64,000 nt of DNA from Candidatus Aldehydirespirator sp. (GCA_965203575.1 OZ241894.1:2380322-2444321), one strand, 5' to 3'; numbered from the stretch's first letter, positions 38,184 to 47,379 are shown. Made by a program: numbers and translations. Notes: generated by a model not told the origin, from the sequence alone.

Positions 38184-38288
38184 GATTTGGAGGACGGCCT
38201 CTTCTTGAGAGGCCCGGGAACCAGACGGCCGCGCGCGTCGTCGTAGGAACCGAATCGGACGCAAAGGGCGTCCACCGCCTGGAGGAGG

Positions 38289-40223
38289 GTGACCATGGAG
38301 ACCAGGGGATCCGAGAGGTTCCGAACTAGGACGAACTGGAGCATCGGATGGCTGGGAGCGGTGCTGGCGCTGAGCCTGCTGGCCGTGTCCTGCAGCGGAT
38401 CCGGCGACGACGACGCCGTCATGGCGGTCTCGACTGCGACGTCCTCATCGGCAGATGCTGGGGACGGGGAGGAACGCGGATCGGCGGATGCAGCCGGTGA
38501 CACGGCGGAACGCGGGTCGGCGGACGTCAGCGGCGACCGGGACAGCTCGGGCAGTGTCGATCTGGGTCCGGCGGCCACCACGACTGTACGCAGCCGGACG
38601 TACGACATGCAGGCTGAGCCCGAGTCGGAGCCGATGCCTGGGGAGGAGCCGATGGCCGAGGAGGCCGCCGACTACGACGACTCCTACGAGGCAGCGGCGG
38701 CGGAAACAGCGGCAGCATCGGCGGCGCTGGAGTCAGCCGCCGAAGCGGCCACCAGCGGCGTGTCCCGGCGGGAGGCGGCCCGGTCCGACCGGGAGCGTCC
38801 CGAGGAGGAGCGCCGCCGCTGCCCCGAGTGCCGGGCCAACACGTTCGAGGACTACGGCGTCAACCCGTTCGTGGACCCGTACGACGACAACCTGTCCACC
38901 TTCGCCCTCGACGTGGACACCGCGTCCTACGTCGTCACCCGCAACCACCTGGAGGGCGGCCAGCTGCCGCCGGTCGGGGCCGTGCGGGTGGAGGAGTTCG
39001 TCAACTACTTCGACGGCGGTTACCGGACCGTCATCGACGAGTTCAACGTCACCCTGGAGGCGGTGCCCTCCCCGTTCAGCGACCCCGACCGGGTGATGCT
39101 GCGGGTGGGCGTGCAGGCGCCCGAGCTGCTGTCGGATCTGGTGATACCGGACACCGTGGTGCTGGTGCTGGACCGCTCCGGGTCGATGAGCCAGTCCGCC
39201 GGGCCCGCCGACCGGCCCATGGACAGGATGAGCCTGGTCCACGAGGCCGTCGAGCTGCTGCTGTCGGGACTGCCGACAAGCACCCGGGTCGGCGTGGTGG
39301 CCTACAACGACCGGGTCGCCACGATCCTCGATCCGACCGAGGTGTCGGGCAACGCCGGCTGGATCATGGACGAGATCCGGGCCCGGGTCTACCCGGGAGG
39401 CTCCACCAACGCCGAGGCCGGTCTCGTGAGGGGCTACGACATGGCGCTGCGGGAGGCCGACCGGGGCCGGGCCGTGCTGGTGCTGCTGCTGTCGGACGGG
39501 GTCGCCAATGTGGGCGCCACCCGAACCGACGACATCCTCGAGGAGATCGGCGAGCGCGGCGACATCGGGCTGTCCACCATCGGCGTGGGCCTGGGCCCGT
39601 TCAACGACGAGCTCATGGAGCAGCTGGCCAACAAGGCCGACGGCACCTACCACTACATCGACACGCCCTCCGAGGCACGGCGCATCTTCGTGGAGAACCT
39701 CACCAGCCTGCTGGCCTCGGTGGCCCGGGACGCCAAGATCCAGGTGGAGTTCGACCGGGACAAGGTGCTCTCCTACCGGCTGCTCGGCTTCGAGAACCGG
39801 GCCATCGCGGACGAGGACTTCCGCGACGACACCCGCGACGCCGGTGAGGTCGGTGCGGGCCAGAGCTCGACCGCCCTCTACGAGGTGACGCTGGACCGCA
39901 GCTGGGACCGCGGCCGGGGGCCGATCGCCACCGCCACCCTGCGCTACCGCAGGCCGGCCAGCGAGCGGATCACCGAGACGTGGGCCAGCCTGCACGCCCA
40001 CGACGTGGGGCGCTCGTTCCGGGACGCCGACCCCCACTTCCGGCTGGCCGTGGTGGCGGCCGAGTTCGCCGAAGTGCTGCGGGACAGCCCGTTCGTGGAG
40101 GACCGCAGCATGGAGGAGCTGAGCTACCAGGCCGACCGGGTGGCCGACGAGCTGCGCCGTGACGCCGATGCCGAGGAACTGGCCGACCTGATCGACACCG
40201 CGCGACGCATCCGCCGCCGTTAG
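38289..40223 (+). CDS. von Willebrand factor type A domain lipoprotein (YfbK-like)
   Basis: Lipobox LLAVSC, FVNYFDGGY N-terminal module, and MIDAS VLVLDRSGSM; acidic low-complexity linker. Confidence 0.8.
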   Translation: MTMETRGSERFRTRTNWSIGWLGAVLALSLLAVSCSGSGDDDAVMAVSTATSSSADAGDGEERGSADAAGDTAERGSADVSGDRDSSGSVDLGPAATTTVRSRTYDMQAEPESEPMPGEEPMAEEAADYDDSYEAAAAETAAASAALESAAEAATSGVSRREAARSDRERPEEERRRCPECRANTFEDYGVNPFVDPYDDNLSTFALDVDTASYVVTRNHLEGGQLPPVGAVRVEEFVNYFDGGYRTVIDEFNVTLEAVPSPFSDPDRVMLRVGVQAPELLSDLVIPDTVVLVLDRSGSMSQSAGPADRPMDRMSLVHEAVELLLSGLPTSTRVGVVAYNDRVATILDPTEVSGNAGWIMDEIRARVYPGGSTNAEAGLVRGYDMALREADRGRAVLVLLLSDGVANVGATRTDDILEEIGERGDIGLSTIGVGLGPFNDELMEQLANKADGTYHYIDTPSEARRIFVENLTSLLASVARDAKIQVEFDRDKVLSYRLLGFENRAIADEDFRDDTRDAGEVGAGQSSTALYEVTLDRSWDRGRGPIATATLRYRRPASERITETWASLHAHDVGRSFRDADPHFRLAVVAAEFAEVLRDSPFVEDRSMEELSYQADRVADELRRDADAEELADLIDTARRIRRR

Positions 40224-40375
40224 CGGCGACCAGGGCTCCTCCAACCCCCTGTGACTCACCCCTGGAGGGGCCCGGCATGGGGCTCGGCGGCCCGGTTTCG
40301 GAGGGGACTGGGCCGCCGAGCCTTCCTCGCGCCCCCGGGTCCGGGACAGGCAGCGGCGGTCCGAGGGCGAGGCGC

Positions 40376-41443
40376 TCAGGCGAAGCCGAACACGGGCGGG
40401 AAGACGACCACGACCGCGGCGGCCCACAGCGCATATACGGGCGCGTAGGCGGTCTGCCAGCGTTCCACCGACGAGAGGGGGCGCCGGCCCACCCAGAAGC
40501 CGAACTGGAGTCGCATCGCCCAGGCCAGGTTCACCAGCAGCACCAGGTTCTCGCCGAGGGCGGCGACCCGATTGGGGGTGAAGCCGAGGTCCGACAGCCG
40601 CACCACTATGGCGCTGAGCGTCAGCACGTCGGCCAGCAGGGCTGTGGTGACGAGGGCCAGCAGGGCGAAGTCGAAGATCCCCGGCGGCTTGTGCGGGTCG
40701 CGGACTGCGATGGAGTAGATCACGAGCCCCACCACCAGTGCCAGCAATACGTCGAAGAAGATCAGGACCTCGCGGTCCATGTCGGCGGCCCTGTCGGTCA
40801 CGGCGGCCACGACGAGGAAGCCGAGCAGGGCGAGAGCCAGCAGGGGCGACAGGATGCTGGTCATCACGGGGGCGATGCGCTCGAGCACGCCCGCTCGGGT
40901 GTCGGCGAGCCAGGCGGCCACTACGACCGCACCCGCGGCGCCGCACATCAGCACCCATTCGAAGATGAGCGGCGCGGCGTCGATGTCGAGAGCCAACAAC
41001 AGGAATACCGCGATGCTGAAGAAGATCTGTCCCGCGACGGCGATGAGCCCGTAGTAGAGGATCCATTCTCCCGTGAAGCGCACGAAGTCCATGCGCTTGC
41101 CATGGGACCGCCAGTCGCCGGAGGCGTGGGCCAGACCGACGACGAGCCACAGCAGGATGGGCAGGTGCAGCGCGGCCAGCACCTCGGTGTCGGCGACGTC
41201 TCGTACTTCGTCGAACGGGTAGGAGTTGACGAGCGCGGCCGGCGCGGCGAAGGCGGCTGCAAGCACGGCCAGGGTCGTCGGGCCGAGCCTGCGCTTCCAG
41301 GCGAAGTAGCCGGCCAGGAAGGGCAGAACCAGCAGGCTGACGTTGCGAGCGTAGAACTCGCCGTCGTGCTCGAGCTGCAGGCCGAAGATCTCTGGTGCCT
41401 TGATGGCGGCGGACGCGCCGCACGCCAGAGCGCCCATGACCAC
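40376..41443 (-). CDS. polytopic integral membrane protein (about 9-10 TM); the frame stays open upstream to 41809
   Basis: Hydrophobic 355-aa ORF from GTG 41443. The same frame stays open with coding-like GC3 for 122 more codons upstream but holds no ATG/GTG/TTG (see findings). Confidence 0.65.
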   Translation of the reverse strand: MVMGALACGASAAIKAPEIFGLQLEHDGEFYARNVSLLVLPFLAGYFAWKRRLGPTTLAVLAAAFAAPAALVNSYPFDEVRDVADTEVLAALHLPILLWLVVGLAHASGDWRSHGKRMDFVRFTGEWILYYGLIAVAGQIFFSIAVFLLLALDIDAAPLIFEWVLMCGAAGAVVVAAWLADTRAGVLERIAPVMTSILSPLLALALLGFLVVAAVTDRAADMDREVLIFFDVLLALVVGLVIYSIAVRDPHKPPGIFDFALLALVTTALLADVLTLSAIVVRLSDLGFTPNRVAALGENLVLLVNLAWAMRLQFGFWVGRRPLSSVERWQTAYAPVYALWAAAVVVVFPPVFGFA

Positions 41444-41871
41444 TAACTCTCGGCGGGCCTCGGGACTGGCGGTGCGTGCCGTCAGTCCCAGCCGCTGCCG
41501 GTGTCCCTCTGACGGCTGCGGAGCGGCGTCCGCCTGCCGCGTGGGCTCCGGTTGTGGGGTGGGCTCCGGTTGCGGTGCGGTGTCCGCCTGCTCGTCGGGT
41601 TCAGGTTCGTCGACACGGGCGATGACGGCTAGGGCCTCATCAAGGGCTCCGACCCGTCTGGCCGCGATCAGGAACGCCTCATCGGGTTCCAGCCCCGCGT
41701 CCGCGAGCCCGATCAGATGCTCCCGCAGCCGGCGTTCGAGTTGGTCGTCGCCGGTCCGGTCGCGCCAGTCGCCGATGAGGGCTTCGAGTCGGTCGTCGAT
41801 GCCCGCAAGCTACTCGCCGCCTCGCAGCCTCCGGTCGGGCCGGCTCCCTGGCCGTGGTGTTGAATGGGGCC

Positions 41872-42312
41872 ATGGACCAGTTCATGCAGGCTGCGATTGA
41901 CGAGGCTCGCAAGGGCCGGGCCAGCGGCGGCATCCCCATCGGGGCGGTGCTGGTGCACGACGGCGAGATCATCGGCCGGGGCCACAACCGGCGGGTGCAG
42001 ATGGGCTCGGCCATCCGCCACGGCGAGACCGACGCCTTGGAGAACGCCGGCCGGCTTCCGGCGAGCGTCTACCGTGACTCGGTGATGTACACCACCCTGT
42101 CGCCGTGCGCGATGTGCACTGGCGCGATCCTGCTCTACGGCATCGGTGAGGTCGTGGTGGGCGAGAACCGGACGTTCATGGGCGAGGAGGCCCTGCTGGC
42201 CGAGCGGGGCGTGAGGGTGACCGTGCTCGACGACGAGGCGTGCGTGGCCATGATGGAGGAGTTCATGGCGGCCGAGCCCGATCTCTGGAACGAGGACATC
42301 GGCGAGGACTAG
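41872..42312 (+). CDS. CMP/dCMP-type zinc deaminase (cytosine/guanine deaminase-like)
   Basis: HGETDALENAG (H-x-E) and PCAMCTGAI (PCxxC) zinc motifs; ATG 41872 (MDQFMQAAIDEARKG). Confidence 0.85.
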   Translation: MDQFMQAAIDEARKGRASGGIPIGAVLVHDGEIIGRGHNRRVQMGSAIRHGETDALENAGRLPASVYRDSVMYTTLSPCAMCTGAILLYGIGEVVVGENRTFMGEEALLAERGVRVTVLDDEACVAMMEEFMAAEPDLWNEDIGED

Positions 42313-42326
42313 CAGCGGCCCCTGCG

Positions 42327-42373
42327 AACTTGACGTAGTTGTGCCGCTATAGGGCGGATAACTACGTCAAGTT
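42327..42373. terminator. perfect 14-bp inverted repeat with 19-nt spacer between convergent genes
   Basis: aacttgacgtagtt (42327-42340) ... aactacgtcaagtt (42360-42373). AT-richer than surroundings; could be a bidirectional terminator or a protein-binding palindrome. Confidence 0.5.
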
Positions 42374-42387
42374 GCTGAGAGACGCCC

Positions 42388-43524
42388 CTACAGACAGGTC
42401 CGGACGGCGTCGATGATCCTGCGGCCGCGGACATCGCCCATCAGGTCGGAGTCCATGCGGTTCATCACGTAGGCGACGCTCAGGCGGTTGTCGAGGTCCA
42501 CCGCGGACAGCGAGCCGCCCCAGCCGCCCCAGAACATCTGGCCCGGTTCGGTGGTGAACGCCTCTCCGAGTTGCAGCCCGAAGCCGAGCCCGTGGCGCAG
42601 GCGGACCATCAGCACCTGGTCGATGCCGTCGATCTGCTCCTCCAGGGCCCGCCGGGCGGTCGCCTCCGACATCAGGCGCACGCCGTTGACCGCGCCTCCG
42701 CAGGCCAGCGCTGAATGGATGCGGGCGATTCCCCGGGCGTTGCCGAACCCGCCGGCGGCGGGGATCTCTGCGGCTCGCCACTCCCGTGTGGCCGGCTCGG
42801 CGGCGGACATGGGGATGCTCAGAATGGCCTTGAGTGCGATCGAGTCGGCCGACACCTCCTGCCCGTTGATGGTGAGCTTGTCGCCGCTGAACACCGGAGG
42901 CACCAGGGCGGCGACCCGGTGGTCCTCGGAGGCGGGCAGGCTGATCCAGAAGTCGGCTCCGAGGGGTTCGGCCACCTCGGTGCGGAACCAGTCGGCCATG
43001 CGCCGGCCGGTGATGCGGTAGAGGATCTCGCTCTGCAGGTTGCCCTGGCTGATGGCGTGGTAGCCCGAGGCGGTGCCCGGCTCCCACCACGGGGCCTGGG
43101 CCGCGAGGTTTGCGGCCACGGCTTCGAGGTCGTAGAGCTGCTCGGTGGTTATGGGCGGGTCGAAGCCGGGCACGCCGGCGGTGTGGGCCATCACGTGGCT
43201 CACCAGCACGCCCTCCTTGCCGTTCTGGGCGAACTCGGGCCAGTACCGGGCCACGGGGGCGTCGAAGTCGAGCTCGCCCCGGTCGGCCAGCATCAGCATG
43301 CAGGTGGCCGCCATGGTCTTGGTGGTGGAGTAGACGTTGACGATGGTGTCGCGCTGCCAGGGTGTTCCTTCGCGGTCGGCGTCGCCGCCCCAGATGTCGA
43401 CGACGAACTCGCCGTCCAAGGTCACCGCCGCAGCCGCGCCGACCTCCAGCCCCTCGTCGAAGTTGGCCTCGAACGCCTCCTGGACCGCTTCGAACCCGGG
43501 CTTGCATGTCCCATAGATCTCCAT
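42388..43524 (-). CDS. serine hydrolase, beta-lactamase/esterase (class C-like) family
   Basis: S-x-x-K motif VYSTTKTMAA; family-typical length; start at ATG 43524 (MEIYGTCKPGFE). Confidence 0.8.
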   Translation of the reverse strand: MEIYGTCKPGFEAVQEAFEANFDEGLEVGAAAAVTLDGEFVVDIWGGDADREGTPWQRDTIVNVYSTTKTMAATCMLMLADRGELDFDAPVARYWPEFAQNGKEGVLVSHVMAHTAGVPGFDPPITTEQLYDLEAVAANLAAQAPWWEPGTASGYHAISQGNLQSEILYRITGRRMADWFRTEVAEPLGADFWISLPASEDHRVAALVPPVFSGDKLTINGQEVSADSIALKAILSIPMSAAEPATREWRAAEIPAAGGFGNARGIARIHSALACGGAVNGVRLMSEATARRALEEQIDGIDQVLMVRLRHGLGFGLQLGEAFTTEPGQMFWGGWGGSLSAVDLDNRLSVAYVMNRMDSDLMGDVRGRRIIDAVRTCL

Positions 43525-43788
43525 GCCCCCATCATGGCGCAGCATGACGCGGTTTGTTGGTCCGGTGTTGCGAGCCAGCGAGCTTGATCAACAGATAGTT
43601 TTCTGCTATAACAGGCATTCAACTTCGTCATGATGCACTCATGACCTGTCCTGTAACTAGCTTCAACAGCCTTTAGTAACACTGAGTATGTCGACGAAGG
43701 TTGATCAACTGAAGACCGTGCAGTGATGTCCGGCCCAGGGGTCTGGGGTCTTGAGCACGGCCCAACCCCGAGGAGGGCTCTCGCGACT

Positions 43789-44490
43789 ATGACTACCGCT
43801 CACAGCCAGGCCGGCGACCCCACTGCCAGCATCGACTCCGGGACCGCCGGCGCTCTTGCGGCTCGCGCCGAGCAATCCGGGTGGGGTGCCTTGCACACCG
43901 CATTCCTGATGCTGCTCATAGCCCCGCCCGTGGTCGCCCTCGTGCTGGTCATGATTGTCCTGCCCATCCGCGACGGCAAGAGGGATGGGGACAGTGCGAG
44001 GGAGACGTACAGCAACCTCCAGTCCTTGACCTACTCGGCGCGCTGGAGGACCGACAGCGAGATCAGAGATGTCCGATGGAATTTGAACAGCGACCTGTAC
44101 TCCCTAGACTCCGCCCTCTGGTCGGTAGGCCTTGACCTGGGCTCACTCACCTACGACCTCGGGGCGGACTCCCGTCCCAAGATCCGAGAGCTGGAGGGCC
44201 AGGTTGAGGCCAGCCGTGACGAAGTCGACCGACTCCGACTCTCGGCCGATGCCCGGTTCGAGCGACTTCAGGACAGCGTCGACGCGAGGCTCGGCGAGCT
44301 GGAGGGCGTCGCCGATGGTGCGATGGACGCCCATTGGGACGAGTCAAGCCGGCGGTTCTCGCGCGACATGCGGATCGTCACCGGCACCCTGTGGGTGATC
44401 GGCGCCACCTTCTTTGCGATGGCGATAGCTGGATTGTGGGCGTCTTGGCGAGACAGTCGGGCCCGCACCCAGCCCGCCGCGGGAGGGTGA
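43789..44490 (+). CDS. hypothetical membrane protein with central coiled coil
   Basis: Two TM segments flank a helical repeat region. ATG 43789 lies 12 nt after aggagg; an alternative start is at 43723/43726. Confidence 0.5.
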   Translation: MTTAHSQAGDPTASIDSGTAGALAARAEQSGWGALHTAFLMLLIAPPVVALVLVMIVLPIRDGKRDGDSARETYSNLQSLTYSARWRTDSEIRDVRWNLNSDLYSLDSALWSVGLDLGSLTYDLGADSRPKIRELEGQVEASRDEVDRLRLSADARFERLQDSVDARLGELEGVADGAMDAHWDESSRRFSRDMRIVTGTLWVIGATFFAMAIAGLWASWRDSRARTQPAAGG

Positions 44491-44680
44491 CCACCATGTG
44501 GCCCTCGGATCGCGGGGGACCAGACCGGACGAGACCGAAGGGGAACGGAGAGATGAAAGAACTTCCGGCGGCAGAGAAGGACCCTCTGCTGAGCGCCATG
44601 GAACAGGGTCCTGAGAGCTTGTGAACCTGGGCGACATGCGTCCGCTCATCGCAAGATCGCCCTTGAGATATCATATTCCT

Positions 44681-44887
44681 GTGAGCAAGACATCTTTGGA
44701 GATCGACCATGATATCGCTGCTGAGGCGGCGATGATCCTGGGCACCAAGACGCTGCGCGACACCGTCGACGCGTCGTTGCGCGAGATTGTCAACGCCAGG
44801 CGTCGTCTCGAGTTGGTCGCCCTGCTCTCGGAGCCGGGGCGCTACGACTTCGATGCGCTTGACGATGCGTGGGGTGGAGAGGACTGA
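44681..44887 (+). CDS. vapB: VapB-type antitoxin
   Basis: VSKTSLEIDHDIAAEAAMILGTKTLRDTVDASLREIV matches the M..TLDIDDxLLxEA... antitoxin family. GTG start; abuts the PIN gene. Confidence 0.7.
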   Translation: MSKTSLEIDHDIAAEAAMILGTKTLRDTVDASLREIVNARRRLELVALLSEPGRYDFDALDDAWGGED

Positions 44888-44888
44888 C

Positions 44889-45308
44889 GTGGCTCGTGCC
44901 GTCTACTTGGCTGACACGAGTGCTTTCGCTCGTCTCAGCAAGCCCCACGTAGCCGCGGCCGTTGCTCCACTCGTTGCGGAGGGCAGCATCGCGCTGTGCG
45001 CGCCGGTCGCGTTCGAGCTTGGCTTCAGCGCTCGCAGCGCCGCCGACCACGATGCCGTCATGAGCCACATCGACGCGTTCGAGTCGGTGCCGACGACCGA
45101 GGGCGACCACCGGCGGGCGCTCGAGCTGCAGGGGCTGCTGGCGGGTCGGGGCCAGCACCGGGCTCTGTCCCTCGTAGATGCTCTTGTTGCCGCCATCGCC
45201 GAGAGCCGGGGCCTCACTGTGCTGCACTACGACTCCGACTTCGATGTTGTGTCGGAGCTCACCGGCCAGCCGACGCAGTGGATCGTCGAGCGCGGTTCAG
45301 CAGACTGA
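44889..45308 (+). CDS. vapC: PIN-domain toxin VapC
   Basis: VYLADTSAF, ...PVAFELGF..., LVDALVAAIAE and LHYDSDFD acidic PIN residues; GTG 44889, 1 nt after the antitoxin stop. Confidence 0.8.
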   Translation: MARAVYLADTSAFARLSKPHVAAAVAPLVAEGSIALCAPVAFELGFSARSAADHDAVMSHIDAFESVPTTEGDHRRALELQGLLAGRGQHRALSLVDALVAAIAESRGLTVLHYDSDFDVVSELTGQPTQWIVERGSAD

Positions 45309-45468
45309 CGTACTAGGGCAGCGGTCCGCAGCCGCCGAGGAGTCCGGCGATGGCTCCTGCGATCCCCCAGCCGATGAGCCCGGGCCATCCGCCCAACCGG
45401 TCGATCGCTCCCATAGCTCTATGATCCCGAAGGGTGTGACACCCGACGGCGAGCATGAGGGAGCGGCG

Positions 45469-45990
45469 ATGGGTTATCCCCGCGAAGAGATGGAGGAGAT
45501 GTGGAGCCGGTGGACCGCGGCCAATGAGGCGGCGGAGGCGGCTGGCGACTGGACGGGGCTCGGAGCGTTCTACACCGAAGACGCGGTCTACACCTGGACG
45601 GTGGGCCACCACGGGGAGTTCGCCGCCCGGGGCCGCCAGGACGTCATCGACCACGTCCTGGTCTTCGAGATGATCGGGTTCGAGGGCTGGACCTACCCGT
45701 ATGAGAAGGTGGTGATCGACGACTCCCGGGGCGAGATCGTCGGGTACTGGAGCCAGGTCACCCCGTTCGAGGACGAGGCGGGCCGACGGATCCGGACCAA
45801 CGGCCTGGGGTGCTCGTGGTTCCGGTACGCCGGCGACTTCAAGTGGTCCGAGCAGCTGGACCTGTTCGACATCGACGATGTGCAGGGGGTCCTGAAGAAG
45901 CTCAACCGGCTCGGCCTTCTCAGCGAGGAGTTCAAGGCCCGCCAGCAGCGCTACGTCGACGGCACCGCGCCAGGATCGCGCTTCGTCTAG
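45469..45990 (+). CDS. SnoaL-like / NTF2-fold protein
   Basis: 173 aa; alpha+beta-barrel-type sequence (WTAANEAAEAAGDWTGLGAFYTEDAVYTW...). RBS gagggagcgg upstream of ATG 45469. Confidence 0.55.
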   Translation: MGYPREEMEEMWSRWTAANEAAEAAGDWTGLGAFYTEDAVYTWTVGHHGEFAARGRQDVIDHVLVFEMIGFEGWTYPYEKVVIDDSRGEIVGYWSQVTPFEDEAGRRIRTNGLGCSWFRYAGDFKWSEQLDLFDIDDVQGVLKKLNRLGLLSEEFKARQQRYVDGTAPGSRFV

Positions 45991-46007
45991 GCGCGGGGGA
46001 GCAGCAG

Positions 46008-46757
46008 GTGGACTCTCTGCGGGGCGCGGCGGTGGTGGTGACCGGGGCCAGTTCGGGGATCGGGCTCGCGGTAGCGGAGCGTTTCGTGGCCGCGGGGGCC
46101 CGGGTGCTGACCGGCAGCCGGAGCGAGCCGCCGGACGGTGGGGGCCGCTGGGTCCGTACCGACGTGGCCGATCCGGCTCAGGCCGAGGCCCTGATCGCTG
46201 CGGCGGCGAAGGCCTTCGGCCGGGTCGATGTGGTGGTGAACAACGCCGGCGTGCAAGTCGAGAAGACGGTGGCCGACACCACCGATGAGGACTTCGACTA
46301 CGTGATGGGCGTGAACGTTCGCGGTGTGTTCAACGTCTGCCGGGCCGCGGTGCGCCAGATGCGGGACCAGCTCGATGGCGGGGTGATCATCAACGTCGGC
46401 TCGATCTCCGGCCGTGTCTCCGACCACGGCATGGCGGTGTACAACACGTCGAAGGCGGCGGTGCACGCCCTGACCCGCTCGATCGCCATCGACCACGGCG
46501 GCGACGGCATCCGCTGCAACGCGGTCCTGCCCGGCTGGATAGAAACCGCCATGGCCGACTCGTCCTTCAGTCACGCAGCCGATCCGGCCACAGCCCGCGC
46601 CGCAGCGGTCGAGCGTCACCCCGTCGGCCGCCTGGGCCGCCCCGAGGACATAGCCGGCCTAGTGCTCTGGCTGGCCAGCACCGAGGCGTCGTTCGTCTCA
46701 GGAAGCCTCTTCACCATCGACGGCGGCCTAACGGCCCAAACCCCTATCGCACCCTGA
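46008..46757 (+). CDS. short-chain dehydrogenase/reductase (SDR)
   Basis: TGASSGIGLA cofactor motif, NNAG, and YNTSKAAV catalytic YxxxK. Confidence 0.85.
   Translation: MDSLRGAAVVVTGASSGIGLAVAERFVAAGARVLTGSRSEPPDGGGRWVRTDVADPAQAEALIAAAAKAFGRVDVVVNNAGVQVEKTVADTTDEDFDYVMGVNVRGVFNVCRAAVRQMRDQLDGGVIINVGSISGRVSDHGMAVYNTSKAAVHALTRSIAIDHGGDGIRCNAVLPGWIETAMADSSFSHAADPATARAAAVERHPVGRLGRPEDIAGLVLWLASTEASFVSGSLFTIDGGLTAQTPIAP
46718..46757. repeat. direct repeat copy 1 (the 3' end of the SDR gene)
   Basis: cgacggcggcctaacggcccaaacccctatcgcaccctga; an imperfect second copy lies at 47340-47379. Confidence 0.8.
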
Positions 46758-46911
46758 TTCTAGCAAGTTAGCTTTAGATTGCTTGAAATAACAGATTGAA
46801 CATGTAGTATCGTTGTCCTGCCGCCTGTTGGGCTGTCAGGCCTGACGGCGGCCTCGGAGCAGCCCTCGCGGGCGCCCCCAGCCGATCAAGTTTCGAACGG
46901 ACGGAGGTCCC

Positions 46912-47334
46912 GTGATGGCCGCAACCCAAGCACAGCGCGCCGCGCTGTACACGCGCCTGGTGGACTCGATGGGCGACGAAGCCGCAGAAACCCTCATGGA
47001 CCAGCTCCCGCCCAGCGGGTGGGACCAGATGGCCACCAAGGATGACCTCGCCGGGGTCGAGCAGCGCCTACAGGCCTCCCTCGCGGTGTTGGCCGCCGAG
47101 ACGAACGCGAAGTTCGCCGAGAGCCACACCAAGCTTGTCGAGAGCCACGCAGCCTTGCAGGTCGCCATGCACCAGGGCTTCGCCGAGGCCGCCAAGGAGC
47201 GTACCGAGATCATCAAGGCTCAGGCTGAGATGATCAAGATCCAGGCCAAGCAACTCTACGTCATCGTCTCGGCCATCGCCGCAGCCACGATCTCGATCTG
47301 GGTAGCTCTGTTCACAATCGGCGCCGGCACATAG
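46912..47334 (+). CDS. coiled-coil protein with C-terminal TM anchor (DUF1640-like)
   Basis: ...WDQMATKDDLAGVEQRLQASLAVL...; heptad-like helix then IVSAIAAATISIWVALF. RBS acggagg before GTG/ATG 46912/46915. Confidence 0.6.
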   Translation: MMAATQAQRAALYTRLVDSMGDEAAETLMDQLPPSGWDQMATKDDLAGVEQRLQASLAVLAAETNAKFAESHTKLVESHAALQVAMHQGFAEAAKERTEIIKAQAEMIKIQAKQLYVIVSAIAAATISIWVALFTIGAGT

Positions 47335-47339
47335 CCGGT

Positions 47340-47379
47340 CGACGGCGACCTAACCGCCCAAATCCCCATCGCCCTCAGA
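47340..47379. repeat. direct repeat copy 2 (relic copy of the SDR 3' end)
   Basis: cgacggcgacctaaccgcccaaatccccatcgccctcaga; about 33/40 identical to 46718-46757. Translates as VDGDLTAQIPIA versus IDGGLTAQTPIAP. Confidence 0.8.

Noticed and set aside
38733-41423. ORF 38733..41423 (-, 896 aa) and ORF 40277..41446 (+, 389 aa)
   Set aside because: Antisense to the VWA gene, or off-frame or antisense to the membrane-protein gene; low-complexity R/G/P/H composition.
36880-42360. Shared 13-nt motif ctataggg(g)cggat in the glcE-glcF spacer (about 36886) and in the loop of the 42327-42373 inverted repeat
   Set aside because: Exact or near-exact 13-mers shared once within 64 kb are expected by chance (dozens of random pairs), and I found no third copy. 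Not reported as a family.
43555-43722. Two copies of the palindrome (g)ttgatcaac in the AT-rich divergent region between the serine-hydrolase and membrane-protein genes
   Set aside because: Plausible operator pair, but short (8-10 bp) and in AT-rich DNA where such palindromes arise easily. No regulator gene is adjacent; too weak to list as a feature.
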